Positions 17,965 to 25,185 of a DNA stretch of 64,000 bases are shown here, piece after piece. Made by a program: the position numbers and the translations under genes. The stretch's first letter is position 1. Every line of letters starts with the position of its first letter. The DNA is taken from contig DASSZQ010000331.1 of the NCBI GenBank assembly GCA_035702755.1, forward strand, positions 478 to 64,477. Direction: 5' to 3'. This DNA comes from Solirubrobacteraceae bacterium. Lineage in GTDB: Bacteria > Actinomycetota > Thermoleophilia > Solirubrobacterales > Solirubrobacteraceae. Under the pieces are notes generated by a model that was not told where the DNA came from, made no database searches, and saw nothing but the letters and a program-made list of their open reading frames with translations.

Positions 17965-18366
17965 GTGGATCAGACGGCGGAGACCAATGGGGGCGACGGC
18001 GAAACCCGCGGGCCGCGCGCACCCGCGTTGGCCCTCTCAAACGCGATCTCCCGGCTCCACAAGCAGTTTGTCGGCCGCGGCCCGGCGAACGTGCGGACGA
18101 CGCTTGACGACGACCTCGTCGTCTGTGTGCTCGAAGGCTGCTTGACGACCGACGAGCAGACGCTCGCCACCACCGGCCGCACGGATCTGGTGGCGGCCCG
18201 CCGCACAGCCCTCCAGGACTCGATGCGACCGACGCTTGTTGCCGCGGTCCGGGATATCACCGGCCGCCCCGTCCTGTCGTTCATGAGCTCCACGGACCTC
18301 GAGCATGATCTTCACGCCGAGGTGTTCGTCCTGGGCCCCCAGCACGAGCCCCCGCGGGCCTCCTGA
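17965..18366 (+). CDS. DUF2294-like protein
   Basis: GTG 17965 is preceded by GGAGAGGAGGAA. LSNAISRLHKQFVGRGPANVRTTLDDDLVVCVLEGCLTTDEQTL...LVAARRTALQDSMRPTLVAAVRDITGRPVLSFMSSTDLEHDLHAEVFVL fits the DUF2294 pattern. Confidence 0.65.
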   Translation: MDQTAETNGGDGETRGPRAPALALSNAISRLHKQFVGRGPANVRTTLDDDLVVCVLEGCLTTDEQTLATTGRTDLVAARRTALQDSMRPTLVAAVRDITGRPVLSFMSSTDLEHDLHAEVFVLGPQHEPPRAS

Positions 18367-18408
18367 CGCGTCTGCGGCCGACTGGCTGCGGCGGCTCTCG
18401 CGCTGTGC

Positions 18409-18717
18409 CTACAGCCCGTTCAGCAGGCCGCGCAGCGTTTCGGTGTAGGCCCCCAGTGCCGCCCGCCCCCGGTGCGTCAGCGCCACCGATGTCCGCGATG
18501 CGGGCCCGTTGCCGGTCTTCTCACTGGCGAGGTAGCCGGCATCCTCCAGCTTGCGCAGATGCGTGATCAGGTTCCCGGGCGTCAGCCCGATCATGGTTTG
18601 GAGCCGGGTGAAGGCCAGCGCGTCGCCGGCGGGCAGCGTCGCCAGGGTGGCCATGATCTGCAAGCGCGCGGGGACGTGGATCAGCGGGTCCAGCGTGTCA
18701 GCTGACATGTGTTCCAT
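18409..18717 (-). CDS. Winged-helix transcriptional regulator (MarR/ArsR-like small wHTH)
   Basis: 102 aa. RLQIMATLATLPAGDALAFTRLQTMIGLTPGNLITHLRKLEDAGYLASEK is a wHTH. It overlaps the upstream membrane-protein gene by 20 nt. Confidence 0.75.
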   Translation of the reverse strand: MEHMSADTLDPLIHVPARLQIMATLATLPAGDALAFTRLQTMIGLTPGNLITHLRKLEDAGYLASEKTGNGPASRTSVALTHRGRAALGAYTETLRGLLNGL

Positions 18718-19360
18718 GCGGCGTGCGCAGTCGCCACGCCTGAACCGCGCCGTACGCCAGGAGAACGAGACACAGCCCCACTCCGTCGCTCAACCACACT
18801 CCGCGCGGTCCGGCAAACGCGCTGCCGGCGGCGACGAGCACGATGGCCATCGCCACCCCCAGCCCGGACCAGTCCTCGCGGGCCGCGCAATGAGCGGCCC
18901 AGAACGTGCCGAGGACGATCAGCGTGGCGGTGCCGACATAGACCCCGTAGACGACCGCGTCACTGGCACCGACGTGCGCGAGTGCTCCCATGAACACGTA
19001 GACGGCGACCAACGCCACCACCAGGGCGGCCCCCTCCGCGCGGCGCTGGCGCACGGAGCGCCCGCTGACGCCGGCCTTGGCGCGGCGATGCGCGTAGACG
19101 ACGGTGGCGATCCGAACCAGGACCGCGAGATACAGGCCGATCAAGCCCAACGCGGTCGGCCCCACGTACGGATGCTGCCCGCGCACCGACAGCCACACGG
19201 CGCCGAACGCAACCAGCGCCACCACGGCGGCGATCAGCGACAGCCATGGCGAATGGAAGTCCAACTCGCGCTCGGCCCGCCGCTGGGTCTCCATCAGCAG
19301 TTGCGCCGCCCCGTGGGGATCCAGGCCGCCCTCGTCCCCATGTGACTCGGCGTTGCCCAT
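18698..19360 (-). CDS. Integral membrane protein of unknown function
   Basis: 220 aa with about 5 hydrophobic helices. It appears co-transcribed with the wHTH regulator. Confidence 0.6.
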   Translation of the reverse strand: MGNAESHGDEGGLDPHGAAQLLMETQRRAERELDFHSPWLSLIAAVVALVAFGAVWLSVRGQHPYVGPTALGLIGLYLAVLVRIATVVYAHRRAKAGVSGRSVRQRRAEGAALVVALVAVYVFMGALAHVGASDAVVYGVYVGTATLIVLGTFWAAHCAAREDWSGLGVAMAIVLVAAGSAFAGPRGVWLSDGVGLCLVLLAYGAVQAWRLRTPHGTHVS

Positions 19361-19548
19361 TCCGCGACCGGATAGCAGACCGCCTCCGCGGGAAAGCCGA
19401 AGCCTCGGCAGCGCTCGATGGTGAACCCGGCGTCGACGATGGCCGCCAGCGTGTCGCGGTCGGTGTGGCAGCCGCAGAAACGGTGAAAGAACCGCGCGAA
19501 CAATGGGTTGTCGATCTCCTGGCCGCCGTCAGGCACGGGCCGATTATG
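19294..19548 (-). pseudogene. C-terminal remnant of a class I SAM-dependent methyltransferase
   Basis: NPLFARFFHRFCGCHTDRDTLAAIVDAGFTIERCRGFGFP matches the conserved C-terminal block (GGCHxxRDT...AGF) of type-11 methyltransferases. The SAM-binding N-terminal two thirds is absent. The fragment overlaps a neighbouring gene end. Confidence 0.55.
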
Positions 19549-19672
19549 CATGCCCACCGGACCCTGGCCGCCGCGCGCCGGCCCGGCGGCTGCGTCGATC
19601 CGCCGCAAAGGCGACATCAAGGGTTGTTCGCAGGATGCCGACAACATCCTCAGGGCCGCCACGACAGGAGTC

Positions 19673-21361
19673 ATGTTTCACCGTATGAGGACTATTCCGG
19701 CGGTCGTTCTCGCCGCCGCCGCGGCCGCGATCGTGCTGATCGCAGTGCTGCAGGGTCGTTCCGACACCAGCCGCCGCGCTCAGGCGCAGCTGGGCCAGAT
19801 CAGCACCCAGGTCACCGAGAGCACCGATGCGCCGATGTCGGTGATGTTCGGCGCACCCGCCGGACCGGTGCGGGCGGAGATCAACCGGGTCAACGCCCAG
19901 ATCGAGCGCACCGTTGACAGCCTGCGCGCCGACGCGCCGGTGCCCGGACTGGCCGAGGTGCAGCGGGCCCTCGCCGGCAGCCTCGCGTCCGAGGGCGTCA
20001 TGTTCGACCTGTCCGCCCAGATCGCCACGGCGCAGGGGCGCGCCGCCCTCGCCCACGCGCTGACCGGCAACGATCCGGCGTTCACCCGCCTGCTGCTTGA
20101 GATGCAGCGCAGCGCCGTGCGCTTGGAGGGCGCGCTGAAGCAGGCCCAGTCGCAATATGCCGGCCAGGCCCAGAGCGCCGAGCGTCAGGCGACCATCGGC
20201 TCCACGGCGGCGATCCTCCTGCTCGTCCTGGCCTTCGGTCTCGCGCACCGGCGCTCGGTGCGCGCCCGGGCGCACGCCGAGAAGCTCGCCGCCGAGAACG
20301 GACGGATGGCACAGGCCAGCCAGCAGGAGGCGCTGACCGACGCGTTGACCGGTTTGGGCAACCGCCGCGCCCTCGTCGCCGCGCTCGACGGGGCGCTGGC
20401 CGAGATCGAGACCCGCCCGGCGGCGCTGGCGCTCTTTGACCTCGACGGGTTCAAGCAGTACAACGACACCTTCGGCCATCCGGCGGGCGACGCCCTGTTG
20501 CGGCGACTGGCCGAGCGCGTATCCGCCGTGCTTGATCACCGAGCCTCAGCCTTCCGCATGGGCGGGGATGAGTTCTGCGTCCTGGCCCGCCTGGACGGCG
20601 ACGATGCGCTGTCGATTGCCCGCACCGCCGCCGAGGCGCTTTCTGAGAAGGGCGAGATGTTCTCGATCGGCTGCTCGTTTGGGATCGCGCTCGTCCCGTC
20701 TGAGGCGTCGTCGGTGGAGGAGGCGCTCCGGATCGCCGACGTCCGCATGTATGAGCAGAAGGCGGCCGCAAAGCGCACCACCGCCACCCGTCAGACGGCC
20801 GACGCCCTGCTCCAGGTGCTGGTTGAGCGCAACGGGAGCCTCGCCGAGCATTCCGAGGACGTCGCTCGCCTGGCCGCGATGACCGCCAGGCGGCTGGGAA
20901 TGACCGAGTTCGAGGTCCGGCAGGTGCATCTCGCCGCTCAACTGCACGACGTCGGCAAGAGCGCCATCCCGGACTCGATCCTCAACAAGCCGGGTCCGCT
21001 CGACGACGACGAGTGGAAGTTCATCGAGCGCCACACCGTGATCGGCGAGCGCATCGTCAGAGCAGCGACGTCCATCTCGCACGCGGCGCCGATCATCCGC
21101 TCCAGCCATGAACGCATCGACGGGACCGGCTATCCGGATCGGCTACGCGCGGAGGAGATTCCCCTCGGCGCGCGGATCATCGCCGTCTGCGACGCCTTCG
21201 ACGCGATGATCACGACGCGCTCCTACCGGCCGGGCCTGGAGATCTCGCAGGCGCTTGACGAACTGCGACGGTGCGCCGGCAGCCAGTTTGACCCCCGCGT
21301 CGTCGACGAGTTCTGCCGGCTGGCCGAAGCGCCGGTCCACCCGGCAGGCGCCGTCTCCTGA
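19673..21361 (+). CDS. Membrane sensor with GGDEF diguanylate cyclase and HD-GYP phosphodiesterase domains
   Basis: From ATG 19673 the order is TM1 (IPAVVLAAAAAAIVLIAVL), a loop of about 170 aa, TM2, then LTGLGNRRAL...FRMGGDEFCVL (intact GGDEF), then HDVGK...HERIDGTGYPDRL (HD-GYP). Confidence 0.85.
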   Translation: MFHRMRTIPAVVLAAAAAAIVLIAVLQGRSDTSRRAQAQLGQISTQVTESTDAPMSVMFGAPAGPVRAEINRVNAQIERTVDSLRADAPVPGLAEVQRALAGSLASEGVMFDLSAQIATAQGRAALAHALTGNDPAFTRLLLEMQRSAVRLEGALKQAQSQYAGQAQSAERQATIGSTAAILLLVLAFGLAHRRSVRARAHAEKLAAENGRMAQASQQEALTDALTGLGNRRALVAALDGALAEIETRPAALALFDLDGFKQYNDTFGHPAGDALLRRLAERVSAVLDHRASAFRMGGDEFCVLARLDGDDALSIARTAAEALSEKGEMFSIGCSFGIALVPSEASSVEEALRIADVRMYEQKAAAKRTTATRQTADALLQVLVERNGSLAEHSEDVARLAAMTARRLGMTEFEVRQVHLAAQLHDVGKSAIPDSILNKPGPLDDDEWKFIERHTVIGERIVRAATSISHAAPIIRSSHERIDGTGYPDRLRAEEIPLGARIIAVCDAFDAMITTRSYRPGLEISQALDELRRCAGSQFDPRVVDEFCRLAEAPVHPAGAVS

Positions 21362-21399
21362 CGCGGGCCGCCGGCGGGCGGCAGCATGCCCCGGCGCAC

Positions 21400-21416
21400 G
21401 GGGTCATCATGACCCC
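21400..21416. promoter_or_regulatory. Perfect 17-bp palindrome GGGGTCAT-C-ATGACCCC
   Basis: Read directly. It lies 39 nt downstream of the GGDEF/HD-GYP stop and overlaps the ATG of a possible 57-codon ORF (21409-21582). Confidence 0.4.
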
Positions 21417-21619
21417 TGTGATGTTGAGTCCGATGCGCCTCCGCGACGGGTTGCTCGTGCTGCTGGGAATGAGCGCGGTCCGTCCGGACGGGCGGCTTGC
21501 GCTGTTCTCCGGCTGCGCCCTCGCCGGCTATGGGGCCGGCGCGCTGATCGCCGCGCCCCGCCGGCGCGCCGGAGCACGGTGACCGGCCGCTGTGGCCGCG
21601 CGCCGCCACCGCCGCGCTG

Positions 21620-21890
21620 GCCGGGGACCTGGCGGGTGCTCATCGGCTTCGCGGTTGTGTGGGAGATCGCCGGCGCTCACCCCACCCGGGGCGCGCAGCT
21701 GGTGCCGGCGTGCTGGAGGCGATCGTCACCCGCCGCTGGCCGCCCGGGCAGGGGCGCAGCCTGGGGATTCTGCTGGGGCGATCGTCGGCGCGGCCGCCGG
21801 ACTGGCCCTTTCCTCCACGCCCGGCCGTGGCTGCCGGCGCTGCAGCTCACCCCGGTCATCGTGGTGGTGGGGGATCGCGTCGCCTGATCG
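21620..21890 (+). pseudogene. Possible frameshifted remnant of an ABC-transporter permease (nitrate/sulfonate/taurine type)
   Basis: Permease-like peptide pieces appear in the expected order but in three different frames: WRVLIGFAVVWEIAG, then GVLEAIV and RSLGILLG, then GAIVGAAAGLALSS, then WLPALQLTPVIVVVG. No intact ORF exists. Confidence 0.3.
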
Positions 21891-22006
21891 GTCTCACCGG
21901 ATGTGTGTGGGCACGCGTGCCGGGAAGGCCAGACCGGCTGGGGCCCATCGCGACCGCGGCGGTACGGGACTCCGGGCCGGCTCTTCCGGGTGGGGCGGTG
22001 ACGCGC

Positions 22007-22714
22007 TCACGGCTGCAGGTAGGTCGTGATGTCGCGCTCCAGGGCCGCCGCCGAGGCGTAGGCGCCCGGGGACACGTGCACCACGCGGCCGGCGCGATCG
22101 ATGTAGATGGTGGTGGGCAGGCCGGCCAGCCGTCCCAGGCCCGGCAGGGCGGCGGTGAGCTCGTTCATGGGCGTCTGGTAGCTCGGAAACGCGGTCGCGG
22201 TGCGGGCCAGAAATGCGCGCGCGCGGCGGGTCGAATCGATCGTGTCCACGCCGAGGAAGGCCACCGCCGGGAACTCCCGCGTGACCGTTGCGTCCACGGC
22301 GTGCAGGTCCTCACCGCATGGCTGACACCAGGACGCCCACACCGTCACCACCACAGGGGAGCCGTGCAGCGAGCGCAGTCGTTGCGCGAGCTGGGGTTGC
22401 CCGCCCACCAGCCGGCTCGCCTGAGGTTGCCGGGCGGCGGGCGCGGGCGCGGCCGGCGGCTGTGGGCGGCGGGGATGGCCGAGCAGCGCCAGGAACGCGA
22501 CGGCCACGGCGCCCGCCGCCACCATCGCCAGGGTCGCGAGGGCGGTGCCGAGGGGCGGCCGGCGGCGCACGCGCAGCCCGGAGTGAGCCGCGCCGGACCG
22601 TCGTCCGGACACCTCGATGTCCTCGATGCGGTGCCAGACCGCGTCGATCGGTGGCGGCGGGCAGTCGCGCACGGGGTTGGCGGTCCGCAACCGCTCGATG
22701 ACGTCACTGCTCAT
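22007..22714 (-). CDS. Membrane-anchored TlpA/ResA-like thioredoxin-fold protein (candidate anti-sigma partner)
   Basis: 235 aa. The N-terminal cytoplasmic segment (VIERLRTANPV) is followed by one TM (ALATLAMVAAGAVAVAFLALLG) and a redoxin domain with VVVTVWASWCQPCGEDL (CxxC). Its start overlaps the ECF sigma stop (ATGA). Confidence 0.75.
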   Translation of the reverse strand: MSSDVIERLRTANPVRDCPPPPIDAVWHRIEDIEVSGRRSGAAHSGLRVRRRPPLGTALATLAMVAAGAVAVAFLALLGHPRRPQPPAAPAPAARQPQASRLVGGQPQLAQRLRSLHGSPVVVTVWASWCQPCGEDLHAVDATVTREFPAVAFLGVDTIDSTRRARAFLARTATAFPSYQTPMNELTAALPGLGRLAGLPTTIYIDRAGRVVHVSPGAYASAAALERDITTYLQP

Positions 22715-23214
22715 GAGGCCTCCTCGGCTCGAAACCCGCCCGGATGGCTCTCCATCCGGTCCTCGGCACGCCGCAGCACCGCCGCCAAACGCCGGCGGGC
22801 GCGATGCAGCCGGACCGCCACCGCGTTCTGCGAGCAGCCGAGCGCCCGTGCCGCCTGCGCCGGCTCAAGCCCCTCCCAGGCGATGAGCAACAGGAGCTCA
22901 CGGTCACGATCGCGCAGTTGCGACAGGGCCCACCCCAGCAGGGGATCGCCCTGTGGCGGGGGCGGGCCGGCCGCCGTCTCCAGGCGCTCGGCGAGAGCGG
23001 CATCACGCTGACGGCGGCGGTGCTGATGCGCCAGCACCAGCCGGGCGCAGCCCAGCAGCCACGGCAGCGCGGCCTCCGGCACGTCGTCCAGACGCCGCCA
23101 GGCGACGGCGAACACCTCGCTGACGGTGTCATCCGCGCTGACCGGGTCGATCCTCCGCCGCGCGTACGCCCGCACGGCGCCGGCGTGGGCGGCGAACAAC
23201 TGCTCAAGGCGCAT
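22711..23214 (-). CDS. ECF-type RNA polymerase sigma-70 factor
   Basis: From ATG 23214 it reads MRLEQLFAAHAGAVRAYARRRI...DDTVSEVFAVAWRRLDDVP (region 2) and ...RDRELLLLIAWEGLEPAQAARALGCSQNAVAVRLHRARRRL (region 4). Confidence 0.85.
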   Translation of the reverse strand: MRLEQLFAAHAGAVRAYARRRIDPVSADDTVSEVFAVAWRRLDDVPEAALPWLLGCARLVLAHQHRRRQRDAALAERLETAAGPPPPQGDPLLGWALSQLRDRDRELLLLIAWEGLEPAQAARALGCSQNAVAVRLHRARRRLAAVLRRAEDRMESHPGGFRAEEAS

Positions 23215-23305
23215 GCGGCGTTGGAGGTCGTCCACTGCCCCATAATGCCCGCCAACCCGCCGCGGATTACAGGCCCCCGGCAACGGCCTTCGCTACGTTC
23301 GAGCG

Positions 23306-23830
23306 ATGCCCAGCGCCCGGCGCAGCCCGGATTCCGACGCGCGCCGTCTCCCCCGCGAGGTCGTCGTCCAGCTGTTTCGACGACAGCCGCGCGAGCCGCT
23401 GCTGATGCTGCGGCGCGTGCCGGAGCGCGGCGGCTTCTGGCAGGGCGTCTCCGGGGCCCCGCTCCCGGGCGAGACCGACGCCGACGCCGCCGCCCGCGAG
23501 GTGCGCGAGGAGACCGGCTTTGATGTGACCGGCTCACTGTTTTCGCTGGGCATCGAGTATCGCCATGGCCTCGATCCCGCGCGCGCCGACCAGTGGCGGG
23601 AGCTGTTCGGCCCCGGCGTGCGCTCGGTCAGCGTCACCGCGTTCGCCGCCGAGATCCCTGATCGTGCGCCCGTGCTTGACCCCGCCGAGCACGACCGCTA
23701 CGCGTGGTGCTCGTTTGCAGCGGCTCGCGAACTGCTCGACTGGCCGATCGAGGCCGATGCCCGGGCCCGGCGGCGCGCCGTGCTGGACCGGCTGCGCGAC
23801 CGGCAGGACCTGTTTGCCGGAGCGGAATAG
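23306..23830 (+). CDS. NUDIX hydrolase
   Basis: 174 aa. The Nudix box is GVSGAPLPGETDADAAAREVREETGF. Confidence 0.8.
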   Translation: MPSARRSPDSDARRLPREVVVQLFRRQPREPLLMLRRVPERGGFWQGVSGAPLPGETDADAAAREVREETGFDVTGSLFSLGIEYRHGLDPARADQWRELFGPGVRSVSVTAFAAEIPDRAPVLDPAEHDRYAWCSFAAARELLDWPIEADARARRRAVLDRLRDRQDLFAGAE

Positions 23831-23842
23831 ACCGGCCGGCGG

Positions 23843-24643
23843 CTACGCCTCGTCGGGGACCGGCAGCGCGGACGCGACCCGGATCCCCGCGCTCGTGTGC
23901 TCGCCGCCGTCCATGTCGATCACATAGGCGTCATAGCCGGCCAGCGCCACGACAAGCTCGATCCCCCGCGGGCCGGCGACGGCGAGCGCGGTGGCCAGCG
24001 CGTCGGCCAGCGCCAGGCTGGGTCCCGTCACCGTGGCCGAGGCCGCGCGCGTTCGCGGCTGGCCGATCTTGGGGTCGATCAGATGAGCCCCGCGCTCATA
24101 GGACCCGGAGGTCGCCACCGCTGCGTCGGCCTCGATGATGCAGGCCAGCGCATCGCCTCGCCAGGGATGGCGGATGCCGATCCGCCACGCCGACTGCCCG
24201 GGGGGCTGCCCGTGGACGACGAGATCTCCGGCGGCGTTGACCATGGCGGCGAGAACCCCGGCCCCCACCAGCTCGGCGAGTGCCCGCTCCGCCGCCCACC
24301 CCTTGACCAGGCCCGTGGGATCGACACCCCCGGGCATCGCCCACGGGTCAAACCAGCCGGCGGACACCTCCTTGGCGTGCTCGCACAGTTCCAGGACCGC
24401 GGCGACGTCGGAGGGGAGCTCGGCGAGCGCCGCCTCGCCCCGGCGCAGCCGGCTGACCGGCGAGTCCGGGCGATAGGTGCTGAAGATGGCGTCGGCCTCA
24501 TGCAGGATCTGACAGGCGCGCGCCACAGCTGCCGCAGCCGCGGCGGCACCGAGGTCTCCCGGGTGCACGACGAACGACACCACCGTCCCCATCACCGGCT
24601 CGGCGTGACTGATCGGCGCGCCACCGGCGACGCCGGCGGTCAT
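23843..24643 (-). CDS. apbE: FAD:protein FMN transferase (ApbE family)
   Basis: 266 aa. VMGTVVSFVV...SRLRRGE...DPTGLVKGWAAERALAEL...AVATSGSYERG are typical ApbE blocks. Its start overlaps the upstream gene stop (ATGA). Confidence 0.85.
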   Translation of the reverse strand: MTAGVAGGAPISHAEPVMGTVVSFVVHPGDLGAAAAAAAVARACQILHEADAIFSTYRPDSPVSRLRRGEAALAELPSDVAAVLELCEHAKEVSAGWFDPWAMPGGVDPTGLVKGWAAERALAELVGAGVLAAMVNAAGDLVVHGQPPGQSAWRIGIRHPWRGDALACIIEADAAVATSGSYERGAHLIDPKIGQPRTRAASATVTGPSLALADALATALAVAGPRGIELVVALAGYDAYVIDMDGGEHTSAGIRVASALPVPDEA

Positions 24644-25164
24644 GCCACGTGCAGCTTGTCTAGCGCCGACTGAACCGAGAAGGCATACGCCTGGCTCGTG
24701 TAGCTCGCGCCGGAGATGCCGTTGATGTGGGCGCTCTGCGCCGAGAGCACCTGGGAGCGCAGCATGGGGATGACCTGCGCCGCCAGCTGCTGGGAGTACT
24801 GGTCGGCGGTCTGCAGGCGCTCGACGGCCACGCTCTGGATCTGCGTTCCGCGGACCGTGACGCGGACGGAGAGCACACCGTACCCGTACTGCTGGCTTGC
24901 GCCCACGGCGGTGCGGGGGAGCGCGACGAGCGGGACCGCGGAGCCGCCGGACGCCGAGGCCGGCGCCGGGGCGGCGGAGCTGGATCCGGAGGAGCCCGCG
25001 GGCGGCGCGGAGCCGTTTGCCGTCGCGGCGCCGTGGGCCTGGCGATCGGCGGTGGCGCGCGCCCCGGAGACCGGCATCAGCGTGGCCGGTGCCCCGATGT
25101 GGAGGCCGAGGACGGCGCCGAGGCCGGCCGCCGTGCCGGCCACGACAAATGGGGAGCGTCTCAT
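24640..25164 (-). CDS. Secreted/anchored FMN-binding domain protein (flavinylation substrate)
   Basis: 174 aa. An N-terminal hydrophobic segment and a Ser/Ala/Pro-rich linker precede an FMN_bind-like domain ending INGISGASYTSQAYAFSVQSAL, which contains the [S/T]GA[S/T] flavinylation motif. Confidence 0.8.
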   Translation of the reverse strand: MRRSPFVVAGTAAGLGAVLGLHIGAPATLMPVSGARATADRQAHGAATANGSAPPAGSSGSSSAAPAPASASGGSAVPLVALPRTAVGASQQYGYGVLSVRVTVRGTQIQSVAVERLQTADQYSQQLAAQVIPMLRSQVLSAQSAHINGISGASYTSQAYAFSVQSALDKLHVA

Positions 25165-25185
25165 GCGGGCCTGTCCAATTCGCCG

